The position numbers and the translations under genes are program-made. Below the pieces are notes generated by a model. It ran no database searches, was not told where the DNA came from, and worked only from the letters and a program-made list of their open reading frames with translations. Shown in pieces: positions 41,846 through 58,939 of a DNA stretch of 64,000 nucleotides (the first letter of the stretch is position 1; each line of letters opens with the position of its first letter). This stretch comes from Eledone cirrhosa (taxonomy: Eukaryota): the NCBI GenBank assembly GCA_964016885.1, contig CAXHJY010001168.1:39411-103410 (forward strand), in the 5' to 3' direction.

Positions 41846-44800
41846 ATCTATCTATCTATCTAAGGCGGGTAAAATTCCCGAGATCCATGGACGAGTTCTC
41901 TCCAGCGGTCTCTGTCCCTCATTATCGCTGCCATATCCTGCATCTCCAACAGACCAGTGTCTGTCCTTAGGGCATCAACATATGTTAACCTTGGTCTTCA
42001 TCTTCTAGTGTGTCCATGTAGGGGCTCCCACAAGAGCACTGAGTGCAATGTCAACTCTGGATGTCGGTGAGCATGTCCAACCAACCTCAGTCTTCTCTGT
42101 GTCACTTTTGAGCTGACTTTTGGGATGCTCCCATACAGCTCTGAGTTTTTCATCCTCAGTGTATACGGATTAATGTTCAGAGCCATCCTCAGCATTCTCG
42201 TGTAGCACCCATCCACCATCTGAGTGAGTCTCTTGGTCAGTGTCCAAGTCTCAGACCCATACAGCAGCACAGACTCCACTACAGCAATGAAGAGGCGGAT
42301 TTTCAGGTCTCTACGAAGGTCCGACTTCCACACCGACCTCAAGCTGTGACACGCCGCCCAGGCCTTGCTCTTCCTCTCAACCACATCATCTTCCGTATTC
42401 CCAATCTTTGCTCCCAAATACAGGAAGTTCTCAACCAATTCCAGCGGCTTCCCGCCCACATTAGTGATCCCCTCTGGCTTCTCAACATTCTCTACCAGAT
42501 ATTTTGTTTTAGTCTCATTCATTCTCAGCCCCACACTCATCGACACAGTCTCAACCTCCCGCATCAAATCCTCTGCCTCCTTCACTGTATTTGTCACCAA
42601 AACTATGTCGTCGGCAAATTCAGCATCCGATACCGTTTTCGCCCCAACTCTCCTGCTCTGAGCCGGTGCTACAGTAAAGCCAGAGTCCTGGTGTTTCTCC
42701 AGTGCAAGACGCATACAATAGTCCACTACAATGATAAAAAGGTAGGGAGCCAATGTATCTCCCTGGAGCACTCCAGCCAGTATCTCAAAGAACTCTGTCA
42801 TCCCATCAGGTGTAATGACTTGGGCCTTGGTGTTGGTGTAGAGCAGTGATATCAGGTCCACTATCCTCTTGGGGATTCCATAAGCCTGTAAGATCTTCAT
42901 CAGGCAGTAACGGTCCACAGAATCAAAGGCCTTCCTAAAGTCAATGAAAACCATGACCGCAGGAAGGCACTTTGCTCTAGCTCTCTCTAATATCCTCCTC
43001 AGCATCAGAATGTGACTGGTGGTTGATCTACCCTCTCTGAAGCCGTTCTGGTTGTCCCTGAGCTTCTTCTCCATCTCAGGCTGGATCCTGTTAAGAATCA
43101 TCCTGTTGAGGGTCTTTGCCACAAGTGACGTCAGTGAGATCCCCCGGTAGTTGTTGGTGTTAGAGAGATCTCCCTTCTTTGGCACTGGGACGATGTTACT
43201 GATCCTCCACTGATTCGGGGCAACTCCTTTCTCCAGTGCCCCGTTACAGAACCCCAGGATGATATCATCAAAATCACACCTCTTCATCACCTCTGATGCC
43301 ACTCCATCCTCTCCATGAGCCTTGCCCTCCTTGATCTTCTTCTTGGCTCTCTGAAGCTCCTCTCTGGTGAAGGGCTCTGTCTCAACATCCTGTTCCTCAA
43401 ACAGCCGCCTGATCTCCCCAGTGCTCTGGGCTGTGGAGGGTGGCTCTCCTAGTAGGGTCCTAAAATGGTCTAGCCATTTCCTCTTCCTATCCTCGGGCCC
43501 CGTTCCCTGGATCTGACTCGAACACCTTTTGTTCCTCCCTGTGATCTCGTTGATGATCATCCAGCTCTCCTTACATCCAGATCTGTCAACCGCTCTCTCC
43601 ACACTTCTGATCTTCTCTATCAGTGCCTCCTCTCTGACCTCAGTGTAAGCGGTACAGATCTCTTCCCTCATCACCTCCACAGTCTCCATCCTCTCCTCCG
43701 TAGGATCAGCATAGAATTGGTCACTGGCAGCTTTCAGGTGTTCTCTGGCTGTACACACCTTTGGGTTTGCAGAGCTGACGTGCTTCCCTTTGTTCTTTTT
43801 CCTCGGCACCAGGGTTTCACTTGCTTTCGCCACTGCATTGGTGAAGTGCCCGTACCTCCTCGTCACACTCTCCTCAGTCCATCCAATCTCTCTCTCCTTT
43901 GACTCTCCACACAGAGCACTAAACCTGTTTCTCACTTCCACTGTGAACCTCTCCTGTAGCTTATCATCTTCCTTGAAAGCTCCCCAGTCATAGATTGTTA
44001 TCCGGGGCTGAGCCTTGCTCTTTCTTAAGCTCACGCGGACCTCATTCATAACCAGCCGGTGGTCACTACCCAGTGTACTGAAATAGCTGTATGGTTCCGT
44101 GTTCAGAACACTATTCCGCCACTTTTTCCTCACCAGAATGAAATCAATCTGCGACTTGGACAGGTGCATATCTGAGATGTAGGTCCACATCTTCCCCAGA
44201 TTCTTCCTAAACCTTAGGTTGGTCGCCATCAAGTTCGCCTCCAGCAGGGTGTCTCTCAGTAGTCTTCCATTTCGGTTGGTGTTGTTATGGAAGTACCAGC
44301 AAGGATCTTCACTGCCCTCCTTACTCAGATGTGCATTGAAGTCCCCCAAAACAAGCAGGATATTGTGTGCCTGAGTGGTGTTGACAGCTCTACACACCTC
44401 CTCATGGAACTCCTCGGCATTCACATCACTGTCCCCCTCGGTTGGACTATAGGCTGAGATGACTGTCAGTCTTGGGTTTCCATTGAAGGTCACCCTCAAC
44501 ACTCACGGGGAGATAGGCATTATTTCCCTCACCAACAGATTGGTTTTTGCACTGAACACAAAACCCACTCCTCCTACTGCAGCATTTGTTGTGTTCTTCA
44601 CTGCCGATGTAGTGATGAGCTGGCTCTTCCTCCCGATCATCACACTCCTCACGGGCTCATCGTGTAGAATCCTGTGTTCTTGGATCGCAAGTATCTGTAT
44701 ACCACTCTCCTCGAACAGATGTCCCAACTCCTCTCTCTTCTCCAGCGTTCGAATAGTCCTCACATTCAAAGTGCCCATTTTGATGGCTCTTCTGCAGGAC

Positions 44801-45169
44801 AAAACTGCATTCTTTATATTTGTCTCAGAGACAGCTGATCCATCATCCACTGGCCCTCTCTGTGGCTCTAAGCCAGCAGAGTCATAACGACCAGGCTGCT
44901 CCTTGACAGTGTAATTAGGGGCTCTAACCCTAGTGCTGTTAGATCGACTCTCCATATTTCTTTTCAATGGCTGACAATACCTTACCGGCGCCACTCGAAT
45001 AAGGTAGTTATTTGACCCATAAATGGAGCCCTAACAGGTACTACCACCCCGGGCCAGGGCAGACCTGGGAGTCATGACAACTAAGGGGTAACTCCACATT
45101 CCCCACATCTCCTGAACTCCCGAACTGGAGCCTTGCCACTGGATGTAGTTTAATGTCATACCCAGGACA
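41846..45169 (-). mobile_element. Full-length RTE-group LINE (APE + RT, ~3.3 kb) with (ATAG)n tail, in (TA)n
   Basis: 5' end TGTCCTGGGTATGACATTAAAC. The single ORF runs directly into TAGATAGATAGATAG. Both flanks are TA microsatellite. Confidence 0.9.
41860..44955 (-). pseudogene. APE-RT ORF with two in-frame TGA stops (44503-44505 and 41998-42000)
   Basis: GTLNVRT, LAIQEHR, AYSPT, LGDFNA, SQIDFIL, GSDH; NYRGISL, FIDFRKAFDS, GVLQGDTLAP, FADD, FLYLG, LYGSETW, RRLRLVGH. The frame continues past the stop as *RPRLTY..DRDRWR..PP*. Confidence 0.9.
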
Positions 45170-45184
45170 TATATACATATATAT

Positions 45185-45247
<63 letters not shown>

Positions 45248-45248
45248 C

Positions 45249-45296
<48 letters not shown>

Positions 45297-45303
45297 ATAT
45301 ATA

Positions 45304-45336
<33 letters not shown>

Positions 45337-45454
45337 ATATATATGTATATATGTATATATATATGTGTATATATATATACATATATATATACATATATAT
45401 ATACATATATATATACATATATATATATACATATATATATACTTATATATATAT

Positions 45455-45497
<43 letters not shown>

Positions 45498-45501
<4 letters not shown>

Positions 45502-45617
45502 AGAGTTTTTAAGTCGCTGGCTGGACTAAAAAGTCAGACTCGTTCAGCGCTTCGGTAGAGGTTCTCCTACATAGATATAAAGTAGTGGCCGTACTCGAAA
45601 ACGAGTTGGCAGCCACC

Positions 45618-45618
<1 letters not shown>
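45498..45618 (+). mobile_element. Bipartite RTE derivative, copy 8 (3' 120 bp only)
   Basis: TACCAGAGTTTTTAAGTCGCTGGCTGG...GGCAGCCACCA between TA tracts. Confidence 0.88.
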
Positions 45619-45653
<35 letters not shown>

Positions 45654-45676
45654 GTATATATATGTATATATATATG

Positions 45677-45709
<33 letters not shown>

Positions 45710-45710
45710 G

Positions 45711-45743
<33 letters not shown>

Positions 45744-46039
45744 GTATATATGTATATATATGTATATGTATATATGTATATATATATATGTATATATATA
45801 TACATTCATTTAAATTATTGATGTATTGTTTTATTGATATTTTTTATCTGTTTGTCCCGAATCTTCTATTATCGATTTTTTATCGATCGGTTGGTTGATT
45901 GTAGACTTGTTCTATATGTGACGGTATTTTAACGATAGTTATAGCTCTGATTCATCTGAATTATTGAGCCCTCTGCCGCTCATTTCGAATTTTGTTTATC
46001 GTGAACTCGTGCGCCGATTTTTCGATACTCGATCTTTCT

Positions 46040-46115
46040 AATATATATATATGTATATATATATATGTATATGTATATATGTATATGTATATATGTATAT
46101 ATATATATGTATATG

Positions 46116-46148
<33 letters not shown>

Positions 46149-46197
46149 GTATATATGTATATGTATATGTGTATATGTATATATGTATATGTATATG

Positions 46198-46228
<31 letters not shown>

Positions 46229-46389
46229 GTATATGTATATATATATATGTATATGTATATATATATATGTATATATGTATATATATATATGTATATATAT
46301 ATATGTATATATATATATGTATATATATATATGTATATATATATATGTATATATATATATGTATATATATATATGTATATATATATATG

Positions 46390-46434
<45 letters not shown>

Positions 46435-46483
46435 GTATATATATATATGTATATGTATATATGTATATGTATATATGTATATG

Positions 46484-46516
<33 letters not shown>

Positions 46517-46722
46517 GTATATATATGTATATGTATATGTATATATATGTATATGTATATGTATATATATATATGTATATGTATATATGTATATGTATAT
46601 ATATGTATATGTATATATATATATGTATATGTATATATGTATATGTATATATATGTATATGTATATATGTATATGTATGTATGTATATATATGTATATGT
46701 ATATATATATATGTATGTATGT

Positions 46723-46786
<64 letters not shown>

Positions 46787-47119
46787 GTATATATATGTAT
46801 ATATATATATATGTATATATATGTATATATATATATATGTATATATATGTATATATATATATATGTATATATATGTATATATATGTATATGTATATATAT
46901 GTATATATATGTATATATATATATATGTATATATATGTATATATATATATATGTATATATATGTATATATATATATATGTATATATATGTATATATATGT
47001 ATATATATATATATGTATATATATGTATATATATATATATGTATATATATATGTATATGTATATATATATATATGTATATATATGTATATATATATATAT
47101 GTATATATATGTATATATG

Positions 47120-47166
<47 letters not shown>

Positions 47167-47205
47167 GTATATATATGTATATATATATATATGTATATAT
47201 ATATG

Positions 47206-47236
<31 letters not shown>

Positions 47237-47247
47237 GTATATATATG

Positions 47248-47284
<37 letters not shown>

Positions 47285-47317
47285 GTATATATGTATATAT
47301 ATATGTATATATATATG

Positions 47318-47414
<97 letters not shown>

Positions 47415-47477
47415 GTATATGTATATATATATATGTATATATATATATGTATATATATATATGTATATATATATATG

Positions 47478-47508
<31 letters not shown>

Positions 47509-47523
47509 GTATGTATATATATG

Positions 47524-47554
<31 letters not shown>

Positions 47555-47599
47555 GTATGTATATATATGTATATATATATATATGTATGTATATATATG

Positions 47600-47630
<31 letters not shown>

Positions 47631-47645
47631 GTATGTATATATATG

Positions 47646-47678
<33 letters not shown>

Positions 47679-47721
47679 GTATGTATATATATGTATATAT
47701 ATATATGTATGTATATATATG

Positions 47722-47752
<31 letters not shown>

Positions 47753-47875
47753 GTATATATATATATGTATATATATATATGTATATATATATGTATATAT
47801 ATATATGTATATATATATATATGTATATATATGTATATGTATGTATATGTATATATATGTATATGTATATATATG

Positions 47876-47956
<81 letters not shown>

Positions 47957-48205
47957 GTATATGTATATGTATATATATGTATATATATGTATATGTATAT
48001 ATATGTATATATGTATATATATATGTATATGTATATATATGTATATGTATATGTATATATGTATATGTATATGTATATATGTATATGTATATGTATATAT
48101 GTATATGTATATGTATATATATATATGTATATGTATATATATGTATGTATATGTATATGTATATATGTATATGTATATGTATATATATGTATGTATATGT
48201 ATATG

Positions 48206-48250
<45 letters not shown>

Positions 48251-49194
48251 GTATATATATGTATATGTATATATATGTATATGTATATGTATATATGTAT
48301 ATGTATATGTATATATATGTATATGTATATATATGTATATGTATATATATGTATATGTATATATATGTATATGTATATATATGTATATGTATATATATGT
48401 ATATGTATATATATGTATATGTATATATATGTATATGTATATATATGTATATGTATATATATGTATATGTATATATATGTATATGTATATATATGTATAT
48501 GTATATATATGTATATGTATATATATGTATATGTATATATATGTATATGTATATATATGTATATGTATATATATGTATATGTATATATATGTATATGTAT
48601 ATGTATATATGTATATGTATATATGTATATGTATGTATATGTATATATGTATATGTATATATATGTATATGTATATGTATATATGTATATATATGTATAT
48701 GTATATATGTATATGTATATATATGTATATGTATATATGTATATGTATATATGTGTATATGTATATATGTATATGTGTATATATGTATATATATGTATAT
48801 GTGTATATGTATATATGTGTATATATGTATATGTATATATATGTATATGTGTATATGTATATGTATATATATGTATATGTGTATATGTATATATGTGTAT
48901 ATGTATATATGTATATGTATATATATGTATATGTATATATATGTATATGTATATATGTATATGTATATATGTATATGTATATATGTATATGTATATATAT
49001 GTATATGTATATATATGTATATGTATATATGTATATGTATATATATTTATATGTATATATGTATATGTATATATATGTATATGTATATATGTATATGTAT
49101 ATATGTATATGTATATATGTATATGTATATATATGTATATGTATATATGTATATATATGTATATGTATATATGTATGTATATGTATATATATGT
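46040..49194. repeat. 3.1-kb (TA)n/(TATATG)n field with 16-bp periodic sub-blocks
   Basis: Direct, e.g. GTATATGTATATATAT units at ~48310-48590. Confidence 0.97.
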
Positions 49195-49253
49195 AGCGGC
49201 GATGAATTAGTTTAGCGAGGTTTTTATATGAAATCGTGTGTCGAAACAAATAT

Positions 49254-49658
49254 TGTTATTCTTGGGGAGGGTCATATTTGTTTAATATTGCCAGAATTAA
49301 TAACAGAACACACTCACTGTTTGGTTGGTTTTCGCTTCTCGCTGTCTTTTATATCTGCGATTATAAAAAATGGCGTAGACATACAACACAACAGGAGGAA
49401 AAAATATAACACCACTGACGATGTTGCAGATGTGCAACGAAAGATTTATGTAAATTATGTAAACTATATATATGTGTTTTGTGTCTATATTGTATCTGTA
49501 TTATTTTTGACCGTCGGTCAGTCAATGGCAACATTGAGGACCGGTTAAGTTAGATCGCACATATAAAAGACGAGAAGCGAAAACCAACCAAACAGTGAGT
49601 GTGTTCTGTTATTAATTCTGGCAATATTACACAAATATGACCCTCCCCAAGTATAACA
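49254..49658. mobile_element. MITE with ~105-bp TIRs, TGT...ACA ends and ATAT 4-bp TSD (Ginger2/TDD-like)
   Basis: TGTTATTCTTGGGGAGGGTCATATTTGT..CACACTCACTGTTTGGTTGGTTTTCGCTTCTCG versus its inverse ending ATGACCCTCCCCAAGTATAACA. ATAT at 49250-49253 and 49659-49662. Confidence 0.85.
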
Positions 49659-49726
49659 ATATATATATGTATATATGAATATATATGTATATGTATATGT
49701 ATATATATATATATGTATATATATAT

Positions 49727-52242
49727 GGCCTGAGGGCCACCTCCTCCCTGGAATGACGTCAATAGAACAGAGACAGACGGAATCCCTGCTGGCCCTCACA
49801 CACAGGCTGTTCATGGAGCAAGCAATACTCCTCCCAACAAGAGGCGAAAATGTCCTGGACCTCTGTTTTACAAACAACGAAGTGCTCATCCACAATGTAA
49901 AGGTGACACCAACAATTCTCTCGGATCATAACTTGGTAGAGCTAATGATATGTGCTCCAGGAGAACCAACAGAGACAAAACCACCAAGAAGCTCCGGGAC
50001 GCTATCCAGACTTAACTTCTACAGGGCTGACAGGAAGAAGATTAAGAGTGAAATCCGGAAGCAAACATGGAGTGCAAACATCGCCACACAAGACACTAAC
50101 ACACAATTTCAACACTTCATGACAACGATACACACCATATGCAAAAAGTGTGTCCCGGAGAAAGAGGCAAACAGACACAAAAATCTTATTCCCAGAGATA
50201 GGAAAATCCTTATGAGACGTAGAACTAAACTCTCAAACCAGTTGAATAGTCAACAAAACCAAAACAAGAAGGAATCCTATTTGAAACGTGCACTACTTGA
50301 CACCGAGATTGCACTCAAGCTTTCACATGAGAATGAGAGGGCAAGGAAAGAGAACAGGGCCATAGAAAACATTAAAACAAACCCTAAGGCCTTCTTTAAA
50401 TTTGCAAAAGAAACTGCCTCAGTACACTGCAAGATTGGACCACTCTTCCACACGGACGGTTCATTAACCGAAAATCCCCAAGAGATATGTGAAATACTGA
50501 ACGAACAGTACAAAAGTGTCTTCACATGTCCACTGAGGCACATGCAAATAACGAAGCCAGAGGAGTTCTTTGATGCCACAACACTACATCAAGAAATGGC
50601 AACCATCAACCACATAGACATAACGGAGGAGGATGTGGTGTACGCCATTGATGAAATTAGAACAGACTCGGCTGCTGGACCTGATGGATTCCCAGCAGTT
50701 CTCCTAAAAATATGTCAGCGGGCCTTAGCAACTCCACTGAAGATGCTCTTCAGAAGCTCCTTGGCTAGCGGTGTACTACCCAGGGAGCTGAAAGAAGGCA
50801 CAATATGCCCTATCCATAAAGGAGGTAGTAGAGCGGAGGCCAAGAACTATAGGCCAGTCTCCCTGACGTCGCATATCAGTAAGGTCATGGAGCGAGTCGT
50901 CAGAAAGAAACTAATCACTTTCCTCGAAGAGAATGACCGCCTGACTAGCACGCAACATGGCTTCCGCCCAGGAAGAAGCTGCCTTACACAGCTGCTACAT
51001 CACTACGACTGGGTACTGAGACAACTACTAGACAGCTCACATGTAGACGTGATATATCTTGACTTTGCGAAGGCCTTTGACAAGGTCGACCACGGAATGA
51101 TATGTCACAAACTACACGGACTCGGCATAACTGGAAAAGTAGGTGAGTGGCTGCATGGCTTCCTAAGGGACAGAAGCCAGGCAGTCGCAGCAAATGGGGC
51201 CCTCTCGAGGGAAACACCGATAACAAGTGGGGTGCCTCAGGGGACAGTCCTGGGACCACTACTGTTTTTGGTGGCTCTCTCGGACATGCCCTCTGTAGTG
51301 CATGCAACAACATCCCTCACTAGCTATGCTGATGACACTAAGGTAGCACAGGCAATCAAAAACCCGGCTGACGCTCCCCTCTTACAGCAGGATCTGGATG
51401 CCATATACAGATGGGCGGAAGAAAACAACATGCAGTTTAATGCTGGCAAATTCCAAGCCCTACAATACAAACCTGCAAACACAAACACAAATATAGCGGA
51501 ACACAGCTACACAGGACCAGGAGGGACCGATATCCCCGTGTCAAAATCGATACGAGACCTGGGCATAGACATGAGCGATGATGCATCTTTTTCTTCACAC
51601 ATCATGAAGGTGGCGACAGCATGTAGACGATTCGCTGGCTGGATCTTGAGGACTTTCCTTACAAGAGATCGAGACACCAAGTTGACACTGTGGAGGACTT
51701 TTGTCCTAAGCCGCCTGGACTACTGCTCCCAGCTGTGGTCACCCCATAGTGTCAAACTAACCACGGAGCTTGAGGCAATCCAGCGAAGCTATACCTAGAG
51801 GATTGCCAAGATGAGGGAGAGAAGCTAATGGGAGAGGCTGAAGGAACTGAACCTCTACTCCTTGGAGCGAAGACGGGAGAGATACGCAGTGATCTACATG
51901 TGGAAAATCCTGGAGGGACTAGCACCAAACTTTGGCATTGGGAGCTGGACCAACCGTCGAACAGGACGTCACTGTGTGGTGCCAAAGGTCCCGTCTTCCA
52001 CATCTAGAATAAGGAGCAGGTATTGCAATAGCCTGGGATTCAAGGGCCCTCAACTCTTCAACAGGCTGCTGAGGCATCTGCGAGACTTGCATGACGTGGA
52101 GGTGGATGTCTTTAAGAAACATCTCGACACCTTGTTATCCAGGATCCCGGATGAGCCCACAGCAAGACACGAGGGAAACCTAAGGGCAGCAGCAACAAAC
52201 TCCCTCCTACACCAGTGGCCAACCTATACAGGCTGGAGATAA
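49727..52242 (+). pseudogene. CR1 ORF2 remnant (partial APE, RT, C-terminus) with in-frame stops at 51796 and 51826
   Basis: AAGPDG, NYRPVSLTS, QHGFRPGRSCLTQL, YLDFAKAFDKVDH, SGVPQGTVLGPLLF, YADDTK, RDLG, SRLDYCSQLWSP, LERRRER, IPDEP. Confidence 0.9.
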
Positions 52243-52324
52243 AATGTGTAGCAACAAGGGCGCGCCCCAGCATGGCCTCAGCCGGATGGCTGAAACAGGT
52301 AAAAGAGTAAAAGAGTAAAAGAGA
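49727..52324 (+). mobile_element. 5'-truncated CR1-type LINE with (GTAAAAGA)n tail, in (TA)n
   Basis: End of APE (PTRGENVLDL, LSDHNLV), RT, 3'UTR hairpin CAGCC-GGAT-GGCTG, tail GTAAAAGAGTAAAAGAGTAAAAGAGA. Confidence 0.92.
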
Positions 52325-53593
<1,269 letters not shown>

Positions 53594-54036
53594 AGTATTT
53601 TCAGTTGTGTTGTAATATAAATATTACACACAGTAGATTATCAGCTTCCGTAGAGTTTGCTCGACGGTTCCAGTTGTAGTTCCAAAAGTAATCCGGAGAA
53701 AAATAGAAAGATTTGAATGGATACAGTTTAGTTGAAAGGAATTTATTGACACGTGTTTCTATAACAGTTACATAACCTAAAACAGCTATCTACAAACTTT
53801 TAGTTATGCAGACATTCAATATTTCAATGTTATTATTTACTGTCATTTCATCAGAATAATATTACTGAGGACCTATTTAGTTTTTATAGAGAATATTAGG
53901 AGGGAGGGGTGAAGTTGTTAGAAGAATAGTTGAAGGAGTGGTTTTTTTCAGTCCTTCAACTATTCTTATGTAACTGTTATAGAAACACGTGTCAATAAAT
54001 TCCTTTCAACTAAACTGTATCCATTCAAATCTTTCT
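53594..54036 (-). mobile_element. Penelope-type pseudo-LTR with an inverted partial copy (71-bp IR: 53705-53775 / 53966-54036)
   Basis: Perfect inverted repeat, a hammerhead motif and AATAAA. Inverted pLTRs and hammerheads are known PLE hallmarks. Confidence 0.75.
53743..53859 (-). ncRNA. Type I hammerhead ribozyme with long stem-II insertion and palindromic stem III
   Basis: Minus strand: TTATT-CTGATGA-AATGACAGT-[~70 nt]-ACTGTTATA-GAAAC-ACGT-GTC-AATAA. Stem I TTATT/AATAA, stem II ATGACAGT/ACTGTTAT, GUC cleavage triplet. Confidence 0.75.
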
Positions 54037-54097
54037 GTATATATATATATGTATATATATATATATGTATATATGTATATATATATATGTATATATG

Positions 54098-54129
<32 letters not shown>

Positions 54130-54879
54130 TATATGTGTATATATATATATGTATATATATATATGTATATATATATATGTATATATATATATGTATATAT
54201 ATATATATGTATATATATATATGTATATATATATGTATATATATGTATATATATATATGTATATATATGTATATATATGTGTATATATGTATATATATAT
54301 ATGTATATATATATATGTATATATATATATGTATATATGTGTATATATATATTTGTATGTATATATGTGTATATATATATGTGTATATATATATATGTAT
54401 ATGTATATGTGTGTATATATATATGTGTATATATATATATGTATATGTATATGTGTATATATATATATGTGTATATATATATGTGTATATATATATATGT
54501 GTATATATATATGTGTATATATATGTGTATATATATGTATATGTATATATATATGTATATGTATATGTATATGTATTTATATATATGTATATATATATGT
54601 ATATATGTATATATATATAAGTATATATATATGTATATGTATATATATATGTATATATATATATGTATATATATATATGTATATGTATATATATATATGT
54701 ATATATATATATGTATATGTATATATATATATGTATATGTGTATATATATATATGTATATGTATATATATATATATGTATATGTATATATATATATGTAT
54801 ATGTATATATATATATATGTATATGTATATATATATATGTATATGTATATATATGTATATATATATATATATGTATAGT

Positions 54880-55351
54880 AATAATAATAAAATTGAAGAC
54901 TAAAATCCAGAGAGGGCTCGATAAGGAAAATATATTTCAAATATATAAGAACCGAAGAGCAAATATTTATTAAAATGACAGATTAAAGTTTAAGCAAAGA
55001 ATCGCTGCTTTCACCCTTAACGGGATCTTCTGAAACTAACAAAGTCAATCTCTAAACCCAGAACTGGATATTTCAAAAAACGTTGCAACCGGAGGAAGAC
55101 AGGAAGACGATACACGCAAACAGATACGTACATACACAACCATACGCAAAACCTTACCATAGGTATACAAAGCCACGCACATATAAATATGTGTATGTGT
55201 GTATGCTTGTGTACAAATAAATAAATAATTATGTAAACGTATATAAGTAAATAAATACGTATATAACAAGCGCACACACATACCTACAAATAAATACATG
55301 AGAAAGCAGCGATTCTTTGCTTAAACTTTAATCTGTCATTTTAATAAATAT
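54880..55351 (-). mobile_element. Second, different Penelope-type pseudo-LTR with a 50-bp inverted copy (54963-55012 / 55302-55351)
   Basis: Perfect IR ATATTTATTAAAATGACAG..GCTGCTTTC and a hammerhead-like fold on the minus strand. Confidence 0.65.
54987..55037 (-). ncRNA. Hammerhead-like motif with a core variant (CAGAAGA instead of CUGANGA), possibly inactive
   Basis: Minus strand: AGTTT-CAGAAGA-TCCC-GTTAA-GGGT-GAAAGCA-GCGATTCTT-TGCTT-AAACT. Stems I, II and III all pair; U4 is replaced by A. Confidence 0.55.
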
Positions 55352-58630
<3,279 letters not shown>

Positions 58631-58939
58631 GTTCAATATTCAATATTCCTTGTCTGGCTTTCTGTAGAATAGAGGAAAGGTGTTTCCTCAAAAACCAGTA
58701 TGACTCTAAAAACCGGTTTGTCTGTGTGTTTACATACAGAATAGCTGGACACTCACAGTAAAGTGACCAGTGAAAAACTCGGTACATCTACATATGTATA
58801 CGTGTGTGTATTCATATGCATACTAGTATTTCAGTATACATATGTGGATGTACATTTTTAACTTAATTGTTTAAGCGTCAGTCATACAAAAGTGAGTTAC
58901 AAACGAAACGAAATTTAATTTCGTTTCGTTATTTGTTTT

